Source: Holosporales bacterium (lineage in GTDB: Bacteria > Pseudomonadota > Alphaproteobacteria > RUG11792). Taken from it: a stretch of DNA of 55,690 nucleotides. The DNA lies in NCBI GenBank assembly GCA_031266385.1, contig JAISBC010000045.1, positions 1 to 55,690 on the forward strand. Reading direction: 5' to 3'. Positions 9,037 to 18,719 of the stretch are shown here, piece by piece. The translations under genes were made by a program, and so were the position numbers. The notes beneath the pieces were generated by a model. The model was not told the DNA's origin, made no database searches, and saw only the letters and a program-made list of their open reading frames with translations. Positions within the stretch are counted from its first letter, which is position 1. Every line of letters starts with the position of its first letter.

Positions 9037-10278
9037 TTACGCGGCGCGGTCATCAGTTATGATCGTTGGGGGAGATGTCTTGTTTACAACCTCCTTATCG
9101 ATGATGACCTCGGTAGCATCCGGGTTATCCGGGATATCGAACATCAGATCCGTCAGAAGATCCTCAACAATCGATCTCAGCCCCCTGGCTCCAGTTTTCT
9201 TCTCGATGGCCTGCCGGACGACCTCCTTCATCGCATCCTCCTTGAACGTCAACGTTACGTCGTTCATGTCGAATAGACTCGCGTACTGCTTTAATATCGC
9301 ATCCTTCGGCTCGGTCAGCACCCTCAACAAATCATCTTCCTTCAGGTCTTCGAGTGTCGCCACAACCGGTAATCTCCCAACGAATTCTGGGATAAGCCCA
9401 AATTTCAACAGATCTTCCGTTTCGATTTCTTTGAACAGCTCCCCTACCCTTCTATCCTCGGATTTCTCAACGTCGGCTCCAAATCCTATGCCGCTCTTCT
9501 TCCCGCGAGCGGCTATGATCTTCTCGAGACCGCAGAATGCCCCGCCGCAAATGAACAAAATATTCGTCGTGTCGATATGCAAAAAATCCTGTTGAGGATG
9601 TTTGCGCCCTCCCTGCGGCGGGACGAAGGCGACCGTCCCTTCGATCACCTTTAATAGGGCCTGCTGAACTCCCTCCCCCGATACATCTCGGGTAATCGAT
9701 GGATTCTCAGATTTTCTCGTTATTTTATCGACTTCGTCGATATATACTATGCCACGCTGCGCCTTTTCGACGTCATAATCGGCCACCTGTAACAGGTTCA
9801 GGATGATGTTCTCGACATCCTCTCCGACGTATCCGGCCTCTGTCAGAGATGTAGCATCGGCCATCGCGAATGGAACGTCTATACATTTCGCCAGCGTCCT
9901 GGCCAACAGAGTCTTGCCCGATCCCGTCGGCCCAACGAGCAGGACATTCGATTTCGCGATATTTACATCCGGATATTTGTTGGATTTACGCTCCAATCTT
10001 TTATAATGATTATAAACCGCGACCGATAAAGTTCTCTTCGCCTTCTCTTGCCCGATGACGTGTTCATTCAATTTTTTGAATATCTCAGATGGAGTCAGAA
10101 AGCTACCGTCATCGGCCCCAGCAGCCGCCGATTCTTTTTTGATCACATCTGAGCAAAGAGATATGCATTCATCGCAAATGAAGGCCGTTACGCCAGCTAT
10201 TAACTTCTTAACCTCGTTCTGAGACTTCCCGCAAAACGAGCAAAACAGGACTTCATCTTTCGCTGAGTTAACGGACAT
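9037..10278 (-). CDS. clpX: ATP-dependent Clp protease ATP-binding subunit ClpX
   Basis: N-terminal zinc finger [17 protein letters not shown]...ICDECI, Walker [12 protein letters not shown], Walker [19 protein letters not shown] sensor motif. Confidence 0.97.
   Translation of the reverse strand: MSVNSAKDEVLFCSFCGKSQNEVKKLIAGVTAFICDECISLCSDVIKKESAAAGADDGSFLTPSEIFKKLNEHVIGQEKAKRTLSVAVYNHYKRLERKSNKYPDVNIAKSNVLLVGPTGSGKTLLARTLAKCIDVPFAMADATSLTEAGYVGEDVENIILNLLQVADYDVEKAQRGIVYIDEVDKITRKSENPSITRDVSGEGVQQALLKVIEGTVAFVPPQGGRKHPQQDFLHIDTTNILFICGGAFCGLEKIIAARGKKSGIGFGADVEKSEDRRVGELFKEIETEDLLKFGLIPEFVGRLPVVATLEDLKEDDLLRVLTEPKDAILKQYASLFDMNDVTLTFKEDAMKEVVRQAIEKKTGARGLRSIVEDLLTDLMFDIPDNPDATEVIIDKEVVNKTSPPTIITDDRAA
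9041..9156. repeat. direct repeat copy B (functional clpX 3' end), partner of 7850-7965
   Basis: See the island feature. The longest identical block, GATATCGAACATCAGATCCGTCAG (9133-9156 = 7942-7965), lies at the gene-proximal edge, where a crossover core would be expected. Confidence 0.8.
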
Positions 10279-10349
10279 ATAAAACGAACCTAGGCAATGA
10301 AAATACCCACTTTAAAGCCATATTCTGACATAATTCACTGAATAAATCA

Positions 10350-10955
10350 TTAACACGATTCTGTTTGCCTCCTCTCGATAATCTGATCGATGAGACCAAA
10401 TTTCACGGCATCCTCAGCCGACAAGAACTTATCTCGCTCCATGGCCGAATTGATTACCTCGATATCCTGGCCAGTATTCGCCGCATAAATAGCGTTGAGT
10501 TTTTCTCTCAGACTTAATATTTCTCTGGCATGAATCTCGATGTCGGTCGCCTGACCGCGAGCCCCACCAGACGGCTGATGAATCATGATCCTTGAATTAG
10601 GAAGCGAGAACCTTTTCCCCTTCGCCCCAGAACACAGCAAAAGCGACCCCGCCGAACAGGCTTGTCCAATACAGAGTGTAGAAACATCACATTTGATATA
10701 GTTCATGGTATCTAAAATCGACAGGGCGGAACTTACAACTCCTCCCGGGGAGTTTATATAAAAATTGATATCCAGAGTCGAATTTTCCGATTCGAGAAAT
10801 AACAACTGGGCACATACGATCGACGCAACATCATCATCGATACCACCCGTTAGGAATACGATCCTCTCCTTCAGGAGCCTCGAATATATATCGTAGGATC
10901 TCTCTCCTCGACTCGTCTGTTCGACAACAATTGGAACAAAACCAGACATCCACAT
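10350..10955 (-). CDS. clpP: ATP-dependent Clp protease proteolytic subunit
   Basis: [29 protein letters not shown] (active-site Ser region), IMIHQPSGG (His). Classic tig-clpP-clpX order. Confidence 0.95.
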   Translation of the reverse strand: MWMSGFVPIVVEQTSRGERSYDIYSRLLKERIVFLTGGIDDDVASIVCAQLLFLESENSTLDINFYINSPGGVVSSALSILDTMNYIKCDVSTLCIGQACSAGSLLLCSGAKGKRFSLPNSRIMIHQPSGGARGQATDIEIHAREILSLREKLNAIYAANTGQDIEVINSAMERDKFLSAEDAVKFGLIDQIIERRQTESC

Positions 10956-10967
10956 AATCTCCCTAAA

Positions 10968-12320
10968 TTAATCCTCAGCACCGACCGGTAGATCCTTTAT
11001 ATCATCTTCTCCTTCGAGTAAATTTTCTCTAAGCTCGTTGACTTCGTCGATGGTTTTCTCGACATCCGTCGTTTTTGCCTGAGACATCAGGAAGTCTATA
11101 ACCTTCCTCTCGATAATCTCAGCTTTTTTGTAGGCAACGGCATTAGGGTTTTTCATATAAAAATCCGTTATCTCTCGAGCTTGATACGGAGATCTTCTAA
11201 TCTCTTCCATGACGGCTCCCTGCAAATCAGCCTGGGAAACGACGATATTGTTCTCCTTTGCAACTTTATTCAAAACATATCCCAAAATGACACGTTTTTT
11301 AATGATATCGGCATACTCGGCCGCAAGCTCCTCATCGGATTCCAATTCCTGTTTCTGCCCGGTTCTTTCCTCTTCCTCGGCCGCATCCGCCTTAATCTCA
11401 GCCAACAAATTTTTCGTCTCATAATCGAAAATACTCTGCGGTACATCAAAATCATACTGATCACTTAGATACTCAAGAATCTGACTCTTATGATACAAAA
11501 ACGCCGTATCAATTATGACATACTCCAGAGACTGCCTTATCTTGGATTCGAAATCGGCGAGATCTTTGACCCCCTTCCGATCGGCGATTTCTTCGGTAGA
11601 CAGCCCAGTAACTGGACATCTGATGGATCTTATCGTAAATTTATATTTTAGATTGATCTGATCACTAGTCACGAAATCGAAACTTTCTCCAGCCTTTTTA
11701 CCGAGAAAATTATTGAAAAAATCGGCACTTTCCCCAAATTCTTCAGGAATCAATAGCTTATTTTGAAAGCTCTTTTTTTTGCTCTCTACACCATCGTTGT
11801 AACATTTTGCGACATATGTAACCTCATCTCCATGCTGTATCTCGTGATCTTTTTGGGCTTTCTCGAGGATTGGAACTAACCTCAGATAACCATCTCGCGC
11901 CTCTTTCACATCATCGTCCGAAACTTTCGGAATGACCCTGGTTACCTCGCACTCGAATGGTTTCAACTCAAATGACGGAGCGATTTCGACGGCAATTACG
12001 ATCGAAACATCCTTTCCCGGTTCATAATTATTTTCGAAACGATAAGCAGGAGTAGTCGCGATCTCGGTCGCAGCAAGCCGTTTTACACATTCATCACAAG
12101 CCCTAGAAATCAATGCATCGAAGGCATCCTTAACGACACTTCCACCGACGCTATTCCTGACGATATCGAGCGGAACATGCCCAGGCCTGAATCCGTGCAT
12201 CCGAAAGGTTTTTGCCTTCTCTTCGACGCACTTAGTTATCTCATCCTCTATCTCCTGCGATTCAAAAATTACCCTAACTTCATGCCGCAGCTTATCGGAA
12301 ACAACGTTCTCGAAAATCAT
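10968..12320 (-). CDS. tig: trigger factor
   Basis: 450-aa ORF directly upstream of clpP. N-terminal ribosome-binding region GFRPGHVP, central PPIase-like region and C-terminal arm. Conserved gene order. Confidence 0.9.
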   Translation of the reverse strand: MIFENVVSDKLRHEVRVIFESQEIEDEITKCVEEKAKTFRMHGFRPGHVPLDIVRNSVGGSVVKDAFDALISRACDECVKRLAATEIATTPAYRFENNYEPGKDVSIVIAVEIAPSFELKPFECEVTRVIPKVSDDDVKEARDGYLRLVPILEKAQKDHEIQHGDEVTYVAKCYNDGVESKKKSFQNKLLIPEEFGESADFFNNFLGKKAGESFDFVTSDQINLKYKFTIRSIRCPVTGLSTEEIADRKGVKDLADFESKIRQSLEYVIIDTAFLYHKSQILEYLSDQYDFDVPQSIFDYETKNLLAEIKADAAEEEERTGQKQELESDEELAAEYADIIKKRVILGYVLNKVAKENNIVVSQADLQGAVMEEIRRSPYQAREITDFYMKNPNAVAYKKAEIIERKVIDFLMSQAKTTDVEKTIDEVNELRENLLEGEDDIKDLPVGAED

Positions 12321-12617
12321 AAAAACTTATCCTTCAATGTTGCTGTAGAGGAATCGTAGAACTTTACGAGAATGGTACCAGATATGGCTGAGAGAATCAA
12401 GGAATCTGAGCTTTTCGAGGTTAACAATTCTATGCGTGATGCCGAAGAAATAAACTCGATTAAAATGGTAATTACAAATAATGAGATGAATTAATAGATT
12501 ATAAAATGCGGTAGAATTTGCATTCTGATTGGAATTAGCAATTGACTTCAGAAGCCAATTGTGTTAATTTTCCGTTAACTGGTGGCCGGAGTGGCTAGAT
12601 CTCTAAAGCGTCGGCTA

Positions 12618-13124
12618 ATGAGTAGTATTGATAGGGGAATCTCTTTTGAAGTGGGGGCGTGGGTTGTTTACCCGTCTCATGGTGTCGGTCTCCTCGATCG
12701 AGTAGATAGAATCGATATCGATGGAACGATCGTTGAGTTTTTTGTTATCTCCTTCCCGCGGAGTAAGTTAGAATTAAAATTACCGGTAAAGAGGGCCGTA
12801 GAGGCGGGATTACGCGGAGTCGTTAGTAAATCGGATATGGAAGAGGTCCTCGGCACCCTTGTGCAGAAGACTAAAAAACGCCGATTAATGTGGAGCAAAA
12901 GGGCCCAGGAGTACGAATCAAAAATAAATTCTGGAGATCCGGTTGCGATTGCAGAAGTCGTTCGTGAGCTCTACAGAGGTGATGGAGAGGTCGCCCAATC
13001 GTTTAGCGAGCGGCAACTATATAAACACGCCCTTGAACGACTGGCCAGAGAGGTATCGGTGATTGACGAAATCGAGGAATCCGACGCCATTAAGAAACTC
13101 GAATCGATCTTACAGGCCGCATAA
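12618..13124 (+). CDS. carD: CarD/CdnL-family RNA polymerase-binding transcription factor
   Basis: FEVGAWVVYPSHGVGLLDRVD...VEFFVISFPRSKLELKLPV matches the CarD_TRCF N-terminal domain. Start placed at ATG 12618 (MSSIDRG...). The track ORF begins at GTG 12582. Confidence 0.85.
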   Translation: MSSIDRGISFEVGAWVVYPSHGVGLLDRVDRIDIDGTIVEFFVISFPRSKLELKLPVKRAVEAGLRGVVSKSDMEEVLGTLVQKTKKRRLMWSKRAQEYESKINSGDPVAIAEVVRELYRGDGEVAQSFSERQLYKHALERLAREVSVIDEIEESDAIKKLESILQAA

Positions 13125-13200
13125 TTCTTGTTCTATAACAATGTTCTAGATCACTTTTTGTTGAAACAATCGAGTTCATATGCCACAATAACTTGAGATA

Positions 13201-13277
13201 GCGCCCATAGCTCAATTGGATAGAGCGTCAGACTACGGATCTGGAGGCTGAGAGTTCGACTCTTTCTGGGCGCACCA
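13201..13277 (+). tRNA. tRNA-Arg (anticodon ACG)
   Basis: GCGCCCATAGCTCAATTGGATAGAGCGTCAGACTACGGATCTGGAGGCTGAGAGTTCGACTCTTTCTGGGCGCACCA. Anticodon loop CTACGGA, encoded CCA. Confidence 0.9.
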
Positions 13278-13308
13278 AGTACTTGGGGAATGGTTTGGGA
13301 ATTTTGCT

Positions 13309-14433
13309 ATGAACATAGTTAAACGCTGCACAATTGGGGTCATTTACTCGCTTTTTATGATGTTTTCGGTCCTGGGTAGTGGCCCCACGTTTCAGGCGCA
13401 ACCAGGAGCAGTCATGACGGCCGCACAAAACCCACCACCACAACCGGCACCGGACCCGCAACAATACGGGCAGCCTGGAATGCCTTCCGGGGCACCAGTC
13501 GTAGGACAATATGGGGTGCCAGCTGGAGGGCAGCCTGCACAATATGTTGCTCCAGGTTTTTCAGCACCTCCTGGGGGACCTCCTGTGGCGCCTCCAGCCA
13601 ATGGAGCTGGTGTCGCTCCGATCGTAGATGCATCCTTAGCTACCCAGACCCTAAACGCCTCTCAACCCCAGGGAAATGGCGGATCTGGTAACACTGTTAG
13701 CCTACCCTGCTTCGAGAGAAATGGAGATGGGCTCGTGAAGGTGGATAAGAATCCCCGGCTAAAGAGGGCCCTCGCCGTTTGCGTCGGAGATTGGTGCCCA
13801 CATTGCGCGAATTTCTTGAGCGTCTTCGCTAGATATATCGAAATCTTGAATATGTATAAAATAAATATTATATTCGTACATATTCCGACTCTCGAGGTTC
13901 TCAGCAATTGGCACGACCCAACCATGGAAGATTATCAGTCTGCCGCCGCGAAGCTGCAGCAATTTGGTATTAAGCTGGATGATCCTGAAGACAAATCGAA
14001 ACAGGCAAGTGTGCAGCTCGTTATGCTAGGCAGTAAAGAGGCCCTCTCAGTGATCGGTGTTTCTGCGCTACCGACCGTATTTGGATCGGTGGATTCGAAG
14101 GAATGTCTGAGGTATGTCGGCGATCAGGTGCTTTCATCTCTCAACCTGGCAGACCCCGCTACCCTAACTAGTTTTTTGAAACTCTTTGATAAGAGCTCAG
14201 ATGACAAGTCTGCGGATGATACCTCCAAGAAGAAAGCCGATAAGAGTGGCGGCTCCAAGACGAAGAAAGGGAAAGGCGGAGCCTCGGCTGGAAAAGCTGC
14301 TGGCAGCCTCAAGGTTGATTTGATCAGCGCTTCCCGTGCTACAGCTATCCTCAATGGAGAGGTTTTCCCGTTTTCCCTGTCTTCTACGCCGATCAAACAT
14401 CGCTCGTCTGGATGCTCATGCCGTCTGCACTAG
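13309..14433 (+). CDS. secreted thioredoxin-fold protein with DsbA-type CPHC motif, P/Q-rich linker and Lys-rich tail
   Basis: Signal peptide (IGVIYSLFMMFSVLGSGPTFQA), ~100 aa of Pro/Gln/Gly/Ala low complexity, then AVCVGDWCPHCANF (CxxC = CPHC) in a ~170-aa domain, then a tail SSDDKSADDTSKKKADKSGGSKTKKGKGG. Confidence 0.6.
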   Translation: MNIVKRCTIGVIYSLFMMFSVLGSGPTFQAQPGAVMTAAQNPPPQPAPDPQQYGQPGMPSGAPVVGQYGVPAGGQPAQYVAPGFSAPPGGPPVAPPANGAGVAPIVDASLATQTLNASQPQGNGGSGNTVSLPCFERNGDGLVKVDKNPRLKRALAVCVGDWCPHCANFLSVFARYIEILNMYKINIIFVHIPTLEVLSNWHDPTMEDYQSAAAKLQQFGIKLDDPEDKSKQASVQLVMLGSKEALSVIGVSALPTVFGSVDSKECLRYVGDQVLSSLNLADPATLTSFLKLFDKSSDDKSADDTSKKKADKSGGSKTKKGKGGASAGKAAGSLKVDLISASRATAILNGEVFPFSLSSTPIKHRSSGCSCRLH

Positions 14434-14497
14434 CCCGGGATTCCTCACGGGTTGTGGAGGAGCTCTGGACGCTGGACGCTCCTTGAGTTTCCCTTAG

Positions 14498-16312
14498 ATG
14501 TGCAGTCTCCGGGATGAAAGGAAGCTCATTACAAGGAGGGCCTTCATTTTCGCCGGAATTAAAACGGCCATCGGGATTGTCCTCGGATCGAGGTTGTTCT
14601 ATCTTCAGATTCTTCAATTTTCTCATTTCAAACTACTATCGGATAAGAATAGGTTGGTCGCGAAAAGGATATTACCTCCAAGAGGAAAAATATTAGCCGC
14701 GAATGGTGAATTACTGGCCAGTAATCAATTTACCTACTCAGCCGTTTTGGATTTATTAGAGATTCCAGAAGAAAATAGAGCCGATGTCATCGATCAGATT
14801 ATAAAAGAAAAACGATTGGATGATAAATCGATTTCAGAATTGCGCAATATTCCTGAAACTATTAATCGCAACAATAAGTTAGTTTTATTGCAAGAAAATC
14901 TAGATTGGGATGATTTGGCGGGATATTATGTTACCTCATCGTTGCTCCCAGGTATCATCATCGAAAAGGTTCAAACCAGGAAATACCTACATGCAGAGGA
15001 GCTTTCTCACGTCATCGGTTATATCGGGGCTCCAACTGAAAAAGACATCGAGAGAACCGAAAATATGGCCCTCACTCTACCGATGGCTAAAATCGGCAAA
15101 ACTGGAATCGAAAAATCGTACGACGAGGAGTTGTTCGGTAAAATCGGAGTTCAACATGTAGAGGTCAATTCGAGGAGGCAATTCGTTCGGTGTGTGAGCA
15201 ATACAGAAAGCACTCCAGGATCCGATATTCACCTTACCATCAATCTTGATCTGCAGTTAGAGGTATACAAAATCTTATCTGAGCATAGTGGGGCCTCCTG
15301 CGTCGTTATGAACGTGCATTCCGGGGAAATCTTAGCGTTCGTCTCGTATCCAGGGTACGATATTAATATCTTTACGAAGAGGATAGATCCGAAGGTTCTC
15401 CGAGAACTGTATGACAATCCGTTTAAACCGGCGATCAATAAGGTAATAAGTGGCCTATATTCTCCAGGATCAGCCTTCAAAATGATTACTGGCCTGGCTG
15501 GGCTTGATGCTGGAGTTATAACCGAGCATACCAGATTCCGATGCACAGGAGTCCACGAACTTGGATCACATAAATTCCACTGTTGGCGATGGAAATATGG
15601 TGGACATGGGTCGATCAATCTGCGACGTGCCCTCGCCGAATCCTGTGACGTATTCTTTTATAACGTCGCCGAAAGCGTGGGGGCCGATAAAATAGTAAAA
15701 ACTGCCAATGATTTCGGTCTGGGGATACCGACCGGAATCGACCTACCCGGAGAAAAGTCCGGCCTCATTCCTACGAGAGAATGGAAAAAAACGACTAAAA
15801 AACAGAAATGGACGACCGGTGACACATTAAACTTGGCGATAGGGCAGGGATTTGCACTGGCTACTCCGCTCCAATTGGTCAGGATGATATCGATCATGGT
15901 CAATGGCCTGAATCCGATAACTCCATATCTAAGACGGAGCAGAGAGATAACATCATCGGATAACCTGCGATATAAACGGGAGCATATCGAGCTGATACTG
16001 GACGGGATGTATGATGTAGTAAATTCAGATACCGGAACGGCGAGAAGATCCGCAACTTTCGACGATAATTTCGAGATGTCCGGGAAAACCGGCAGCTCTC
16101 AAGTTTATCGTATCACTGAGGATCAGCGACTACAAGGGAAAACGGTGTCGGATGATTATTGGCTGAAAGAACACGCCATTTTCGTGGGATATGCCCCAGA
16201 TTCGGATCCAAAATATGGAGTCGTCGTATTGGTTGAGCACGGAGGTGGTGGAGCAAAAACGGCGGCCCCGATCGCTCGAGACGTCCTTTTAGCCACCAAA
16301 CGATTTTGCTGA
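14498..16312 (+). CDS. mrdA: penicillin-binding protein 2 (elongation transpeptidase)
   Basis: N-terminal TM, SxxK (SPGSAFK), SxD/N region, and KTG in MSGKTGSSQV. Length and dimerisation-domain layout fit a class B PBP2. Confidence 0.85.
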   Translation: MCSLRDERKLITRRAFIFAGIKTAIGIVLGSRLFYLQILQFSHFKLLSDKNRLVAKRILPPRGKILAANGELLASNQFTYSAVLDLLEIPEENRADVIDQIIKEKRLDDKSISELRNIPETINRNNKLVLLQENLDWDDLAGYYVTSSLLPGIIIEKVQTRKYLHAEELSHVIGYIGAPTEKDIERTENMALTLPMAKIGKTGIEKSYDEELFGKIGVQHVEVNSRRQFVRCVSNTESTPGSDIHLTINLDLQLEVYKILSEHSGASCVVMNVHSGEILAFVSYPGYDINIFTKRIDPKVLRELYDNPFKPAINKVISGLYSPGSAFKMITGLAGLDAGVITEHTRFRCTGVHELGSHKFHCWRWKYGGHGSINLRRALAESCDVFFYNVAESVGADKIVKTANDFGLGIPTGIDLPGEKSGLIPTREWKKTTKKQKWTTGDTLNLAIGQGFALATPLQLVRMISIMVNGLNPITPYLRRSREITSSDNLRYKREHIELILDGMYDVVNSDTGTARRSATFDDNFEMSGKTGSSQVYRITEDQRLQGKTVSDDYWLKEHAIFVGYAPDSDPKYGVVVLVEHGGGGAKTAAPIARDVLLATKRFC

Positions 16313-16521
16313 AAACGAATCGTCTTTTCTTGCCATCCCATTTAGTTGGGAGTATACTGGGGGCTGAAGTGATTGTGCTCTTTTTTGCCGGTTGAATATT
16401 AATGCTCGGCTTCCAGTCGTTCGGAATTGAAAATCCCGTTTAATATTTGCGTAAAAAGAGGACAAGGATTGGTAGTACGCCGCTTTAGAGCGGTTATTGT
16501 GTTTAAGGAGACGTTCGAAGA

Positions 16522-16728
16522 ATGACGACTGGAAAGGTTAAGTGGTTCAATTTTAGCAAAGGGTATGGCTTTATTCAGCCTGATGATGGAGGAGACGACA
16601 TCTTCGTCCATATTAGCGCCCTCGAAAAATCTGGGATAAATGTCCTCAATGAGGGGCAAAGCGTTGGATACGAAACGATGGCAAGAAATGGAAAAGTTTC
16701 AGCCGTAAATTTGCAATTAAGAGATTAA
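16522..16728 (+). CDS. cspA: cold-shock domain protein
   Basis: [34 protein letters not shown] carries the RNP1/RNP2 motifs of CspA-family proteins. 68 aa. Confidence 0.95.
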   Translation: MTTGKVKWFNFSKGYGFIQPDDGGDDIFVHISALEKSGINVLNEGQSVGYETMARNGKVSAVNLQLRD

Positions 16729-16753
16729 TAATAAAAAATAAACTGTTCGTAAA

Positions 16754-16786
16754 GGTGAGGAGGTCGTTCCTTCTCACCATTTTTTA
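16754..16786 (+). terminator. rho-independent terminator after cspA
   Basis: GGTGAGGAGG-tcgtt-CCTTCTCACC (one mismatch in a 10-bp stem) followed by ATTTTTTAT. Confidence 0.6.
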
Positions 16787-16801
16787 TACTCATCGGCCTC
16801 A

Positions 16802-17509
16802 ATGGATCATAAAGAAATAACTTGCTCATTCGGTAGCATCTTAAGGGTCGCCGTACCGATGATTTTGCTCGTTCTGTCGCAGAATTTGATGTACTGCGTC
16901 GATCGAGTGATCTTGGCAAAATATTCGGTAGTCGCGATGTATGCGGCCATCGTCTCTGGAAATTTTGTTGCCGTAGTGTCTTGGGTTTTTGTTGGCGTCG
17001 CGACGGCCTCCGAAATTTTCGTCGGGCAGTACAATAGTCAAAAACGGTACGACAAATTGGCGATTCCAGTATGGCAGATGATATGGATGTCCTGTGCTTC
17101 GTCTATAATCGTCTTCATTCCTCTCGGATATTTTTCGGAATACATTCATTTCCTGCCAAAATATGCAGTTCGAGACGGGATCGATTATCAAAAACCGTTG
17201 CTTTATTTTGGTTTTCTTCCGAGCCTCATAGCTGGTCTTTCGGCATTTTTCGTGGGCCAGGGTAAGACGAATATCATCACCATTATTTCCATCCTCGGGA
17301 ATGCCGTCAACGCGGTCTTGTCATATTACCTGGTGATAACGCTCAAAATGGGGGCATACGGTGCGGCCGTTGGAACTGTCATCTCACAAATCTTACAATT
17401 CATCATTCTAGCCGCCATATTTGTGAATTCCAAAAATCGAAGCATGTTCAAAACCATGAAGAGTTATGCGTTTAATAAACGGGTATTTATCGATCGATAT
17501 ATTATATGA
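16802..17509 (+). pseudogene. MATE-family efflux transporter, N-terminal half only (truncated)
   Basis: 235 aa containing roughly six TM segments and a MATE-like N-terminus (ILRVAVPMILLVLSQNLMYCVDRVILAKY). Full-length MATE proteins are about 450 aa. The stop at 17507 is followed 76 nt later by the convergent trmL 3' end, and no continuation appears in any frame. Confidence 0.6.
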
Positions 17510-17585
17510 TTTTATACTCATTTCATTCACGGTTAATTTCATTTTACTCTACAAACGATATAAAAGCAATAAATGGTTCAAATTA

Positions 17586-18026
17586 TTATAACTGCCTGGC
17601 GGCTTCGGCCAGCCCGATCGCCGCGCACATAGCCACATTCAAAGATCGCGCCTCAGGGCTCATGGGAATGATTACCCTCTCGTCGCAGCCAGCAAAAACC
17701 TCGGCCGTTACCCCCGAACTCTCTCTGCCGAACATCATGCAATCTGATTCGAGGAATTGGATATCGAAGTATTTCTTGGTCGCCTTGACATCGAACAGCA
17801 CGATTCTCCCGGCATATGATGCTCTGAATTCCTCGAAGGATTCATACCGAATTAACTTCACCTTCTCGATATAATCCATCCCGGCCCTCTTGAGGGCTCG
17901 ATTATTATCGATGATGAACGATGCGGGTTCGATGATATTAAGCTGGCGCACCCCAAAACACACGCAAAGCCTGGCGATGGCTCCCGTATTCTGCGCAATC
18001 TCTGGTTCGAACAAACAGACTTCCAA
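17586..18026 (-). CDS. trmL: tRNA (cytidine/uridine-2'-O)-methyltransferase, SpoU/TrmL type
   Basis: CLFEPEIAQNTGAIARLCVCFG...LKRAGMDY...GRESSGV...IPM...RSLNVAMCAAI is the TrmL/YibK pattern. 146 aa. Confidence 0.8.
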   Translation of the reverse strand: MEVCLFEPEIAQNTGAIARLCVCFGVRQLNIIEPASFIIDNNRALKRAGMDYIEKVKLIRYESFEEFRASYAGRIVLFDVKATKKYFDIQFLESDCMMFGRESSGVTAEVFAGCDERVIIPMSPEARSLNVAMCAAIGLAEAARQL

Positions 18027-18719
18027 TTACTCACCTCTTTCCATAAGTTTTTTTTCTTCTGTATATTCAATCCCAACGAAAACGACACGCCTTTCTTTAC
18101 AGAAAGCTTCGACGTGCTGAATATTTCTAATGCTATCATCTATGAAAATAATTTTCGACGGATGACAACTAGCGTAACCTAAAAAGGCCTTCAAGCTGTC
18201 ATCCTTACGAGTTCTGCCGCAACAAATGACTCCCTGATCATATGCGCTGTCTGGCTGATTATTTGGCATAGGTAGCCAACAATTTTCCAACGATGGAAAC
18301 GATTTTTCGAAATGATACCCAAGAGATTTCAACGTTTCAATTCTCCATTTTATTGGATTCTGTAATTTCTTGGAAGCCTTCGCTGACAAGGCCGTAAGAA
18401 CAACTGTTTTTATTTCTCTTTGCTGCAGTTCATCCACCAATTGCGGCATTTTTTTATTGACGAGAATAGTCTGCCGATTTGATTTTGCCCGATCCCAAGA
18501 AATAGTGGTCAAAACGCCATCGCAATCGAATACGACGAGAGTATTCTCGTCGGCTCTTTCAAATTCTGCCTCAATATCTTCTATTTTATCGGTGGTGATG
18601 ATTTTTGTGTCTGGATGGTTTTGATTCTGTTCTTGAGTTTGCTTCTTTTCTGCGCCGTCTTCTGTGCAGCCGCACAATAGAAACAAAATCGCAAATAAAC
18701 TAATAAGCTTCGATCTCAT
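18027..18719 (-). CDS. lipoprotein with HAD-like DxDxV motif
   Basis: Lipobox LFLLCGC, then LVVFDCDGVLTT (HAD motif I). Its stop abuts the trmL start at 18026/18027. Confidence 0.5.
   Translation of the reverse strand: MRSKLISLFAILFLLCGCTEDGAEKKQTQEQNQNHPDTKIITTDKIEDIEAEFERADENTLVVFDCDGVLTTISWDRAKSNRQTILVNKKMPQLVDELQQREIKTVVLTALSAKASKKLQNPIKWRIETLKSLGYHFEKSFPSLENCWLPMPNNQPDSAYDQGVICCGRTRKDDSLKAFLGYASCHPSKIIFIDDSIRNIQHVEAFCKERRVVFVGIEYTEEKKLMERGE

Larger units (their letters stand above)
7846..9156. mobile_element. putative decayed integrated island bounded by direct repeats of the clpX 3' end
   Basis: 116-nt direct repeats at 7850-7965 and 9041-9156 (102/116 identical by hand alignment) flank ~1.07 kb holding one ORF (8054-8809) with its own promoter. 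No integrase is present. The arrangement resembles elements that integrate into the 3' end of a gene and supply a replacement terminus. Confidence 0.45.

Noticed and set aside
8875-9595. Plus-strand ORFs 8875..9276 and 8996..9595, together with 7810..8001 and 7868..8155
   Set aside because: They are antisense shadows of clpX and of the clpX fragment. They were useful only because their mutual similarity exposed the 116-bp duplication.
17506-17874. ORF 17506..17874 as the continuation of the truncated MATE gene
   Set aside because: Its sequence is not membrane-like and it is antisense to the well-supported trmL.
18027-18719. Lipoprotein as a TssJ-like T6SS component, given its proximity to the tssE-like gene
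   Set aside because: It carries a HAD motif I (FDCDGVLT), is much larger than TssJ, and is operonic with trmL rather than with tssE. An 800-bp gap separates it from tssE.
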